Assembly (NCBI GenBank): GCA_023415795.1
Contig: JAEZJG010000022.1
Coordinates: 188,009-252,008, forward strand
Direction of reading: 5' to 3'
Origin: Bacillota bacterium
GTDB taxonomy: Bacteria > Bacillota > Clostridia > Christensenellales > SZUA-584
Length of the DNA: 64,000 nucleotides
Shown here: piece by piece, positions 1 to 7,743 of the stretch
Layout of the letters: each line of letters begins with the position of its first letter
Numbering within the stretch: the first letter of the stretch is position 1
Notes under the pieces: model-generated
Told to the model about the DNA's origin: nothing
What the model saw: the letters and a program-made list of their open reading frames with translations, nothing else
Database searches by the model: none
Translations under genes and position numbers: made by a program

Positions 1-2
1 CG

Positions 3-341
3 GTGATCGTCATACTGCTGCTGGGAAACACTGCTGTTCTGACACTGCATTCCCTTGGTCTGCTGTCGTTTGAGCACATCGTGGGCGCGGCGAACGCTTT
101 GTTCATCGGCAACGCTTTTCTGGGTCTGCTCAGCGGCTTTCGCCTGATGCGCAGCATACCTATCCGCATCGGTATCGGTGTGCTGCTGTTACTGCTGCTG
201 ATCATATTCCTGTTTTCAAGCCTGTATTCCATTGGCTTCTTTGTCCTCGTTACCGCAGCGACACTGATCCTTCGCAAAAAGCCTGACGCAACCGCGTCGG
301 CAAAAACGCTTACCGAAACAGGGGAACAGCAGAGTCTGTGA
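3..341 (+). CDS. hydrophobic membrane protein, C-terminal part (5' end probably cut by the window edge)
   Basis: ORF open to the window start. Translation is almost entirely hydrophobic helices (…GIGVLLLLLLIIFLF…) with a short polar tail. No family recognised. Confidence 0.4.
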   Translation: MIVILLLGNTAVLTLHSLGLLSFEHIVGAANALFIGNAFLGLLSGFRLMRSIPIRIGIGVLLLLLLIIFLFSSLYSIGFFVLVTAATLILRKKPDATASAKTLTETGEQQSL

Positions 342-352
342 CTTGCGCGCGT

Positions 353-1003
353 CTAAATGTACTTGCTGCCCTCGCGGACGCTCAAGGGGTGAAGCTTGTG
401 CGACGCAATAAACGCCCGCACCCATGCCGCGTTTGTCTTGGAATATTCGCGCAGTGCCCAGCCGATGGCCTTGTTGAGAAAAAACTCAGAGGTACTGCTG
501 CTGGACAGTATCGCACGCTCCAGCAATTCCGTATCCGTCTCCGCCTTGTATTTGAGCTGAAACAGTATCGACACGCGCCGTATCCAAAGGCTGTCGTGCG
601 CCATCCAGCGGGTGGCAGCAGCTTCACGCACGTTGGCAAAGCGGCGCAGCACATCCCCCGCGATGGGGGCAAGGGTGTCCACTGTGTCCCACCAGGGGCG
701 CGTGAGCACAAGCTGCTCAAGGAACGGCAGCTCGTGCGGCGTCAGGCGCTTCTTAACGGCATCCAGATACCCCAGTGCGAGATATGAAAACTCTCGCTCG
801 GGCAGCGCGAAGCACCGCTCAATAAAGGCGAAGTCCACATCCGGCTCCGCTTTCTTAGCCTTGAGAAATTCGCGCGCTAACGCTGTCCTTTCCGGCTTTT
901 GCAGCCCAAGATACGGGAACTGGTGCTTCATGTATGCCGCCATGGGAGCCGCCTTGACTGAGTCTGCGGCGGCGTAGAAGCATGAGATGATATCCATAGG
1001 CAT
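353..1003 (-). CDS. DNA alkylation repair protein (AlkD-like HEAT-like repeat family)
   Basis: 216-aa ORF. The length and motifs (…TRPWWDTVDT…, …NKAIGWALREYSKTN…) are what I recognise from the DNA alkylation repair enzyme family. Confidence 0.7.
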   Translation of the reverse strand: MPMDIISCFYAAADSVKAAPMAAYMKHQFPYLGLQKPERTALAREFLKAKKAEPDVDFAFIERCFALPEREFSYLALGYLDAVKKRLTPHELPFLEQLVLTRPWWDTVDTLAPIAGDVLRRFANVREAAATRWMAHDSLWIRRVSILFQLKYKAETDTELLERAILSSSSTSEFFLNKAIGWALREYSKTNAAWVRAFIASHKLHPLSVREGSKYI

Positions 1004-1217
1004 CTGAATGGCTCCTTTTTGTTGATGAAACTATTATAGCATGCGTATGCGGTTGTAAAAAAGCCGTAGGGAGCATAATCATATCACAAAGACCATAAAA
1101 ACATAGCACTTTTTTCTATAAATTTTCACAAAAAAGCGCCGCGTCGCACTGCTGCTCAAACAATCAGTATTTGCCAAACCCACATTCCGGGAAAATGTCG
1201 CAAGGCATTTTTTCAGA

Positions 1218-1270
1218 TGGGATTCTCAAGGGATTCATCCCTTGAGCGGCGGTGCGGAGGCAGAGCCTCC
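1218..1270. repeat. double-hairpin REP-like intergenic element, copy 1
   Basis: Hairpin CTCAAGGGA-TTCA-TCCCTTGAG (1225-1246) is followed by GGAGGC-AGA-GCCTCC (1256-1270). A near-identical inverted copy lies at 23414-23470. Confidence 0.7.
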
Positions 1271-1272
1271 GT

Positions 1273-1314
1273 GCCCTAAGCCCTAAGCCCTAAGCCCTAA
1301 GCCCTAAGCCCTAA
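1273..1314. repeat. heptanucleotide microsatellite (GCCCTAA)x6 with a degenerate tail reaching the adjacent stop codon
   Basis: Six perfect tandem GCCCTAA units at 1273-1314. Degenerate GCCCTT/GCCCTTA/GCCCTA units continue to about 1356, and the last one contains the TAA stop (1354-1356, minus strand) of the hydrolase gene. Confidence 0.95.
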
Positions 1315-1353
1315 GCCCTTCAAAGCCCTTAGCCAGCCAATAGCCCTATGCCC

Positions 1354-2328
1354 TTACCCAGCAACATCCGCACTAACACCCAGCCCGACAACGGCATCCG
1401 CGATCTGCGCGATCCTGTCCGCGTTGTTCAGGTAGATGAAATGCGTGCCGTCCAGTATCTCGCTCTGGGCGTGAGCGCCAATGCGCTCAAGGTGGCGGTT
1501 CTGATAATCCTGCGGCGTCATGCCCGCCTTCTTAAGCTGCGGATTGGGCGCCTCGTAGGTGCGTCGCGAGATCACCTTGAAGTATGGCACGGAAGCGGGG
1601 AAGGGCAAAGCCATCGTCTGCCGGATAAACTCGGCGGATTCCGCCACCTGCCGAAGCATCGTGTCGTTGATGGAGCAGCCTGCAAACACCAGAATGTCGG
1701 CGATCTCCTGCTCAGTATAGCCGTATTCCAGCATCTGCTTCCTGTTGACAGCCAGCGGCGCCATCGCAGCAGTAAGCCCGATGAACTGCTGAAACTTCGC
1801 GACCTTCAGCAGCGGCTTCACGAACCCGGGCACCTTTTCGTAATACGCAGTGGAGGTGCCGTCCAGCGAAACAATCGCTTCCACCTCTTCCGGATACGTT
1901 GCGGCGTAGTGCTCACTGTATACTGTGGAGATGGAGTGCGGCATCAGCACATAGGGCGGCTGGTGCCCCGCAGCCTTGAGCGCAGCGCGTATCTCCTCCA
2001 CGTAAGCCTCGCTGGTGCGCGGTTTATCCGTGCCGCTGCTGAAGCCCACGCCGAAGTACTCTACGCACACAGCGGTGTGTTTTTCAGCAACCCGACGCAT
2101 CAAGGGGCCGAAATCCGCACACGGCAGCGCCACACCCGAACCGGGCAAAAGCACCACTGTGTGCCCGCCGCTGCCGATGGTGTAAACGTGCATTTGTCCG
2201 CCGTCCACGTTCACCAGCGCGCCGTACGGCTGGAGCCGCCCCCGTTTGGCTTTGAAATGCGTGGCGTGCCGCACTGCGCCCGCCGCCATCAGTAACACGA
2301 TAACGCCCGCGATAATTCCGATAACCAT
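1354..2328 (-). CDS. alpha/beta hydrolase with N-terminal membrane anchor
   Basis: 324-aa ORF with an N-terminal TM helix (MVIGIIAGVIVLLMAAG). It has a VVLLPGSG region, a nucleophile-elbow-like MPHSIST and a C-terminal GTHFIY, which fits the alpha/beta-fold layout. Confidence 0.7.
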   Translation of the reverse strand: MVIGIIAGVIVLLMAAGAVRHATHFKAKRGRLQPYGALVNVDGGQMHVYTIGSGGHTVVLLPGSGVALPCADFGPLMRRVAEKHTAVCVEYFGVGFSSGTDKPRTSEAYVEEIRAALKAAGHQPPYVLMPHSISTVYSEHYAATYPEEVEAIVSLDGTSTAYYEKVPGFVKPLLKVAKFQQFIGLTAAMAPLAVNRKQMLEYGYTEQEIADILVFAGCSINDTMLRQVAESAEFIRQTMALPFPASVPYFKVISRRTYEAPNPQLKKAGMTPQDYQNRHLERIGAHAQSEILDGTHFIYLNNADRIAQIADAVVGLGVSADVAG

Positions 2329-2355
2329 AATCTATACCTTCTTTCAAATTGAATG

Positions 2356-2868
2356 CTATTTAGTATCGGCGGGGCAGGAAATCACGGAGATGTCCCGCGC
2401 ACGCCGCCCCTCGCCTGCCTTAAAGCTGTATTTAATTAGTACGTCCCGCAGCTCTGTCAAAAACGCGTCAAATTCGCTGTCATCCAGCATCATCACCGTG
2501 GTGTTCCAGAACACTTTATCCATGCTGCGCTGCTGTTGCGTCGCGCTGAAATAGCGGTGCAGCCGTGCATAGCGGTTGAGAAGAAAACTCAGTGCGTTTT
2601 GCGAGGCGTTTTCCAGCGTGTTATGACGGGTGATTTCGTCCACGTTCAGCGCCAGCGTGCGCTCCAAACTGCCGCGTATCTTGCGCTCAGCGACCACGGA
2701 AACGATGCCGCTGTCTAGCAGGAGCTTAATGTGGCGATACATGGTGGTGCGCGGCACGTCGCTGACGGCGGCGCACAGCTCGGATGCCGTCACGTTCTGC
2801 CCCGGCGCCAGCTCCTGAATGATCCTCATCCGCACCGGATTTAATAACAACTCATTAATATCCTTCAA
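2356..2868 (-). CDS. ArsR-type winged helix-turn-helix transcriptional regulator
   Basis: The N-terminus LLLNPVRMRIIQEL…TASELCAAV…PRTTMYRHIKLLLDSGIV is a typical ArsR/SmtB-like HTH. It sits 27 nt upstream of the hydrolase gene on the same strand. Confidence 0.65.
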   Translation of the reverse strand: MKDINELLLNPVRMRIIQELAPGQNVTASELCAAVSDVPRTTMYRHIKLLLDSGIVSVVAERKIRGSLERTLALNVDEITRHNTLENASQNALSFLLNRYARLHRYFSATQQQRSMDKVFWNTTVMMLDDSEFDAFLTELRDVLIKYSFKAGEGRRARDISVISCPADTK

Positions 2869-3023
2869 TGTTTCCTATCCTCCAAATGATTCCAATAACT
2901 ATAATAATACCAAAAATGGAATAAGTCAATAGAACTGTATCCAATACCGTAAGAAATAATTGCGAATATTAACAGATCGCGATAACATGGCAATAACAAA
3001 CAAACAGATCAAGGAGGGTGAAT

Positions 3024-3494
3024 ATGAGCGGGAAACCAGTGGTGCGCAGAGCGGAAACGGCGGAGGTTATTCACAAGGCGGATCATCCCGGCTATGAGCA
3101 CAGCAAGAAGGTGATTGTGGGAAAGGCGGAATCGTCGAACATGGAGGTATCCATATATGAAGTGCCGCCGGGCAAATCGGCGGTGCCGTATCACTATCAT
3201 CTGCGCAACGAAGAGGTGTTCATGATCATGAGCGGCACGGGACTGTTGAAAACGCCCCAAGGCGAGCGTGTGGTTTCCGCCGGCGATTTTTTGTATTTCT
3301 CTAATAATGAAGAGGGTGCACACAAGATCACCAATACCTCTGAGACAGAACCGCTGGTGTACCTCGACTTCGATCTGCTGCACGACATTGAGGTGGTATT
3401 CTATCCCGATTCAGAAAAGACGGGGATATTTGGCATGGGTCAGCGGATGGTGTTTCCCGTCTCTCGGCAGGTGGGCTATTTCGATGGCGAATAG
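3024..3494 (+). CDS. cupin domain protein
   Basis: Cupin motifs are present (…AVPYHYHLRNEEVFMIMSGTG…, …AGDFLYF…GAHKITN). ATG at 3024 lies 6 nt after a perfect AGGAGG (3012-3017); the track's GTG at 3018 is too close to the RBS. Confidence 0.7.
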   Translation: MSGKPVVRRAETAEVIHKADHPGYEHSKKVIVGKAESSNMEVSIYEVPPGKSAVPYHYHLRNEEVFMIMSGTGLLKTPQGERVVSAGDFLYFSNNEEGAHKITNTSETEPLVYLDFDLLHDIEVVFYPDSEKTGIFGMGQRMVFPVSRQVGYFDGE

Positions 3495-3570
3495 CCGCTG
3501 GAAGCATCCCCTAGTGCTGATCTTGGTGCGGTGAGTGTACGCTTCTTCTTCATAGGGCATGATCTTGAAC

Positions 3571-3795
3571 GGGGGGATTCCTCACTACGTTCGGAATGAC
3601 AGCAGCTTTGTTGTAGGCATCAACGGGATGTTAGGTTGGTGCTGAGCTCCGAAGCATTCCCTCCGCCACGCTGTCATGCAGAGCGAAGCGAAGCATCCTC
3701 CGGGGCGTGGTAGCGGTGGGGCGATGGTTTACCCGTGCATCCTACAGGCATCGTCTTGCACGCGGGATTCCCTACTGGCGTTCGGAATGACTGAT
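3571..3795. repeat. composite interspersed repeat, locus 1 (modules A-B-A)
   Basis: Module A is GGGATTCC(N)…CGTTCGGAATGAC at 3573-3600 and 3764-3791. Module B is CTGTCATGCAGAGCGAAGCGAAGCATCC at 3671-3698. The locus is collinear with the inverted locus at 15425-15648. The track ORF 3676..3870 (MQSEAKHP…) is just its translation. Confidence 0.85.
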
Positions 3796-3844
3796 GCTGT
3801 CATTGTAATTGATTCTAATCGTCTGACGTTCACCATCTTCTGTG

Positions 3845-5239
3845 CTAATGCTCGCGTATACGCCCCTTAGTGAGTGAGGCCGCCATTGCGCCCAACGCCA
3901 CGATTGCAGCCACAACAAATGTGCCGCGCATCGCCAGCACAAATACGTCGGGCGAAGCCTCTGCCAAGGCAGCGGTACCCGTACCGCCCGCGCGCCCCGC
4001 GAATAGCGAGAAAAGCAGCCCCGAAAAAGCGACGCCCAGCACCATACCCATGTTACGCGCCGTCGCCAGCATGCCGGATGCCACCCCGCGGTTTTCCGGT
4101 GGTGCGCTGCCCATGAGCGCGCTGTTGTTGGGTGTCTGAAACAGGCCGGAACCCACACCTGTCAGCGCCATCGACATCACGATATACCATGTAGGCGTGT
4201 CCAGCTGCATGCGGCTGAGCAAAAACATGCCGCATGCCATGATGCCCATACCGGCGGAACTGAGTATGCGCGTGTCATGCTTGTCCGAAAACATCCCCGC
4301 TAAAGGCGCGATCGCCAATGTGGCCAGCGGCAGAGGCATGTACAGCAGCCCCGCTTCGGCAGGGGTAAATAGCCGTACCGTTTGCAGATAGAACGGCGTC
4401 AGAAAAACCATGATATACATCGCCATATAATTGAGCACTGCGGCGGTTAGGCTCGCGGAGAACACGCGGCTTTTGAACAGCGAAAGCGACAGTATCGGAT
4501 GGGGCGCGCGCCGTTGGTAGACAATGAACACGGCGACCAGCGCAAGCCCCAAGCCCAGCAGCAGTGCAAACAGCCATGGAGACAACCCGGCGCTCAACTG
4601 ATTCAACGGCAGCAGCAGCAGGAAAAGCGCGGCGAATATCATCAAGCTGCCCGGGATATCCATGGGCACGGCAGACTGCTTTCTGTCCGCCGGGATGAAC
4701 TTCAGCGCCATCGCGACGCCGATGATGCCCACGGGGATGTTGATGTAGAATATGCTCTGCCAGCCAAGCGCACCGGTGAGTGCGCCGCCCAGCACGGGCC
4801 CGGTGGAGAGTGCCACAGCCACCGCGACGGAGTTGACAGAGAAGGCGCGACCCCGACGCTCAGGCGCAACATTGGCGGTGATGATGGCGGAGCTGGTGGA
4901 AAACATCATGCCCGCACCCAGTGCCTGCGCCACCCGCAGTGCAATCAGCATGCCGATGCTGGAGGACAGCCCGCACAGTGCAGAACCTACGGTAAATGCC
5001 GCAAAGCCGATGATGTAAACGCGCCGTTGACCGTACAGGTCGGACAGTCGACCGAAAAAAAGCAGCACGCTGCTGACCACCAGCAGATAGGCCGTGATTA
5101 CCCACTCCACTGTGGACAACGGCACCCCGAAGTGCGACCGTATTACCGGCGCAGCGATGTTGACCACGCTTGCGTCCAGCGCTGACATAAAAGTGCCCAG
5201 CGCAACGCTCAGCAGCATCAGCGTTTGTTTTCTTTTCAT
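3845..5239 (-). CDS. MFS transporter, DHA2 (EmrB/QacA-like, about 14 TM) drug:H+ antiporter family
   Basis: …ALGTFMSALDASVVNIAAP… and …LFFGRLSDLYGQRRVY… are typical of the family, and there are many TM segments. Start moved to ATG 5239 (MKRKQTL…), preceded by AAGGAGGA. Confidence 0.85.
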   Translation of the reverse strand: MKRKQTLMLLSVALGTFMSALDASVVNIAAPVIRSHFGVPLSTVEWVITAYLLVVSSVLLFFGRLSDLYGQRRVYIIGFAAFTVGSALCGLSSSIGMLIALRVAQALGAGMMFSTSSAIITANVAPERRGRAFSVNSVAVAVALSTGPVLGGALTGALGWQSIFYINIPVGIIGVAMALKFIPADRKQSAVPMDIPGSLMIFAALFLLLLPLNQLSAGLSPWLFALLLGLGLALVAVFIVYQRRAPHPILSLSLFKSRVFSASLTAAVLNYMAMYIMVFLTPFYLQTVRLFTPAEAGLLYMPLPLATLAIAPLAGMFSDKHDTRILSSAGMGIMACGMFLLSRMQLDTPTWYIVMSMALTGVGSGLFQTPNNSALMGSAPPENRGVASGMLATARNMGMVLGVAFSGLLFSLFAGRAGGTGTAALAEASPDVFVLAMRGTFVVAAIVALGAMAASLTKGRIREH

Positions 5240-5433
5240 GTTGTCTTTCCTCCTTGCTGTACGCCCTACAACGATACGCCCGTGCGCGGTTTTTGTCAAC
5301 GAACGGCACGCGCCATAATGTCAGTATCTGCCGAGCCGGAAACGCTATGCACAGTGACTCTGCAAAAAAGAAGCTTCTTCATGAGAAAAAGCTTCTTTGA
5401 TGTTGTGTGTTCAGTTAAGACTTGCGGCAGGCC

Positions 5434-6558
5434 TTACAGCGCGTCGAGCATGGTGAGTGGATCGCGGTATTCCAGCTCCAGACTCTCTGCAACAGCGCAG
5501 CAGGTCACAAAGCCCTTGGCGGTGTTGAGACCCTTGAGCAGCGCGGCATCCTCACGAAGTGCACGCGCCACACCCTTGTTCGCAAGGCTCACCAGATACG
5601 GCAGCGTGGCCGATTCCAGTGCCAATGTGGAGGTGCGCGGCACAGCGCCCGGCATGTTCGCCACGGAGTAATGTATGACGCCGTGGACGTCGTATGTGGG
5701 GTTGTCGTGCGTGGTTGCACGGTCGATGGTTTCCACCGAGCCGCCCTGGTCGATGGCAACGTCCACAATCACCGAACCCTTCTTCATTGTCTTTACCATG
5801 TCTGCCGTCACGATGCGGGGAGCGCTCTTACCCGGCACCAGCACAGCACCGATCAGCAGATCGGCCTCCCGTGCCGCCTGCGCGACGTTATACGCATTGC
5901 ACACCAGCGTCTTAAGACGCCCGCCGAATACGTCGTCCAGATAGCGCAGACGTGGTAAGCTGATGTCCAGTATCGTGACATCCGCGCCGAGACCCACAGC
6001 CATTTTCGCCGCGTTCGCGCCCACGGTGCCGCCGCCCACGATGGCCACCCGCGCGGGGCTGACGCCGCTGACGCCGCCCAGCAATACGCCAAGGCCGCCG
6101 TTGGGCTTTTGCAGCAGGTTGGCGCCGATCTGCACCGACATACGGCCTGCCACCTCGCTCATGGGAGCCAGCAGCGGCAGCGCACCGCCCGGCAGCTCCA
6201 CCGTCTCATAGGCGATGCCTGTCACCTGTCCGTCTGTCAGCGCTTTGGTGAGCTGCGGATTGGGCGCAAGGTGCAGATAGGTGTACAGCGTCTGACCGGG
6301 GCGGAACAGTGCATATTCGCTTTCCAGCGGTTCCTTTACCTTTACGATGATGTCTGCCAGCGCAAAGATAGTCTTGCGGTCAGCTTCAATGCGCGCGCCC
6401 GCCTGCTCATACTCCGCATTGGAGAAGCCGCTGCCCTCGCCGGCACTCGCTTCCACCAGTACCTTGTGCCCGTCCAGCGCCAGCACATGCGCTCCGCCGG
6501 GCGTTAAGCCCACTCTGAATTCGTTGTTCTTGATCTCTTTGATAACGCCGATAATCAT
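5434..6558 (-). CDS. ald: alanine dehydrogenase
   Basis: 374 aa. MIIGVIKEIKNNEFRVGLTP… together with the NAD-binding VAIVGGGTVGANAA gives full-length resemblance to Ald. Confidence 0.9.
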   Translation of the reverse strand: MIIGVIKEIKNNEFRVGLTPGGAHVLALDGHKVLVEASAGEGSGFSNAEYEQAGARIEADRKTIFALADIIVKVKEPLESEYALFRPGQTLYTYLHLAPNPQLTKALTDGQVTGIAYETVELPGGALPLLAPMSEVAGRMSVQIGANLLQKPNGGLGVLLGGVSGVSPARVAIVGGGTVGANAAKMAVGLGADVTILDISLPRLRYLDDVFGGRLKTLVCNAYNVAQAAREADLLIGAVLVPGKSAPRIVTADMVKTMKKGSVIVDVAIDQGGSVETIDRATTHDNPTYDVHGVIHYSVANMPGAVPRTSTLALESATLPYLVSLANKGVARALREDAALLKGLNTAKGFVTCCAVAESLELEYRDPLTMLDAL

Positions 6559-6585
6559 AATGATTGCCTCTTTTAAGAGATGATT

Positions 6586-7032
6586 TTACTCCGGATAGAT
6601 GGATTCGTTGCTTTTACAGGTGGCCAGCACAACATTGGTGTACGTTTTCGTGATGCCCGGCACGCTTTTGATCTTGTTGAGCAGTTTCTCCAGCGTGGAG
6701 GGATTGTTGGTCACGATCTTGAGCACATAGTCGTAGTTGCCCGCAATGTAATGGCATTCCAGTATGTCGTTCTCATTTTGAACAAACTGCAGAAACTTCT
6801 CAATGAAGCTGGGATTCTCCAGGCTGATGAACATGATTGCCGTCAGCTCCTTGTGAAAGTGGTTGCCGTCGAGGATTGCAACATACCGGCTGATCACGCC
6901 GGAAGCCTCCAGCTTTTTGACACGCTCGCCCACCGCAGAAACAGACAAATTGATTTTCTGCCCGATGTCGGACAGCGATGCACGTGCGTTCTTTTGCAGT
7001 TGTCTTAGTATACGAATGTCCAGATCATCCAT
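6586..7032 (-). CDS. Lrp/AsnC family transcriptional regulator (AldR-like position upstream of ald)
   Basis: MDDLDIRILRQLQKNARASLSDIGQKINLSVSAVGERVKKLE… is an AsnC-type HTH followed by a ligand-binding domain. It lies 27 nt upstream of ald on the same strand. Confidence 0.85.
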   Translation of the reverse strand: MDDLDIRILRQLQKNARASLSDIGQKINLSVSAVGERVKKLEASGVISRYVAILDGNHFHKELTAIMFISLENPSFIEKFLQFVQNENDILECHYIAGNYDYVLKIVTNNPSTLEKLLNKIKSVPGITKTYTNVVLATCKSNESIYPE

Positions 7033-7198
7033 AAAACCCTCCGGAATAATTTAATCTATTATATTAATACACGACAAAAAATTCTACATACAAGTATAAT
7101 GTCCGTAAAACATATTGCAATAGTGTAGATATAAAATAATTATTATGAGATGCGATGCTATGAGAGTATTCATACAATAATTATTAAGGCACCGGCGT

Positions 7199-7283
7199 CC
7201 GGATTGACAGAACGTAGGGGGATTTACGGCGAGGCACAACCGCAGTCACGCTGTCATACAAAGCCAAGCGACATCCTCTGGGT
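7199..7283. repeat. degenerate copy of the composite repeat (locus 2)
   Basis: CACGCTGTCATACAAAGCCAAGCGACATCCTCTGGG resembles module B with its flank (CACGCTGTCATGCAGAGCGAAGCGAAGCATCCTCCGGGG). An A-like GACAGAACGTAGGGGGATT sits upstream. Confidence 0.4.
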
Positions 7284-7392
7284 CGTTATTATATACTTAA
7301 GATGTGAAGTGCAATCGGACACCGGCAAAAGATAATGTAACGATGTTAATAAAAATGTATTTGTATCTCACAGACCGCAGGCGGGCAGCATC

Positions 7393-7421
7393 TTGACAAA
7401 AATGTTCACGTCGGCTAAAAT
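7393..7421 (+). promoter_or_regulatory. sigma-70/SigA-type promoter (TTGACA-17 nt-TAAAAT)
   Basis: TTGACA at 7393-7398, an exact 17-nt spacer, then TAAAAT at 7416-7421. It sits about 30 nt upstream of the riboswitch-like element. Confidence 0.55.
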
Positions 7422-7449
7422 TGTAACAATTCTATATGGTAAGAGTAAT

Positions 7450-7540
7450 GATTATGAGCACACGGCAAACACGTTGAAAAGCGTGGACGCAAAGCATTGA
7501 AGTCTAAGGCCCATGTGGCTATGACGGTTCGGCTGCCTCT
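7450..7540 (+). promoter_or_regulatory. c-di-GMP-I (GEMM-I)-like riboswitch aptamer
   Basis: 7461-7495 CACGGCAAACACGTTGAAAAGCGTGGACGCAAAGC matches the conserved GEMM-I core (V. cholerae Vc2: CAGGGCAAACCATTCGAAAGAGTGGGACGCAAAGCC). A second helix can form from GAAGTC…GACGGTTC enclosing GGCC…GGCT. Confidence 0.6.
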
Positions 7541-7562
7541 TTATTAAGCGGGCGGCTTTTTT
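7531..7562 (+). terminator. putative intrinsic terminator / expression platform of the riboswitch
   Basis: GCTGCC (7532-7537) pairs with GGCGGC (7551-7556) with one G-U, followed by TTTTTT (7557-7562). The 5' arm overlaps the 3' end of the aptamer. Confidence 0.45.
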
Positions 7563-7743
7563 CATTCTACGCCTTTTCGGACAAATATATAAACAGGAAG
7601 CGGGGCTGCTTTGGCGGTTCCGCTTTTTGCATGCTGTGTTGTAGTGGATTTATGTCGGTAATTTGTGTATAATACGGACAAACATAGTGCCATTGGCGGC
7701 GTGACATAGGCCACAAAATTTAAGCGAACGGGGGCGGCGGCAT

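Noticed and set aside
1273-1314. (GCCCTAA)6 / (TTAGGGC)6 as a telomere-like sequence or a sign of eukaryotic contamination or a linear replicon end.
   Set aside because: It is internal, flanked on both sides by ordinary bacterial genes, only 42 bp long, and merges into a gene's stop codon. It is best treated as a bacterial microsatellite.
3571-3795. Could the alternating ~28-nt modules spaced ~72-98 bp apart (here and at 15425-15648) be a CRISPR array?
   Set aside because: Two different modules alternate instead of one repeat. The 'spacers' are partly conserved between loci. There are only 3 units per locus, the spacing is far larger than in CRISPR arrays, and no cas genes are present in the window.
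3676-3870. Small ORFs encoding MQSEAKHP…, …HSERSEESP… and …VIPNAVRNPP… (3676..3870, 15363..15635, 15444..15653, 15469..15669).
   Set aside because: They are translations of the interspersed repeat modules in different frames and strands. They have no RBS and overlap one another, so they are not genes.
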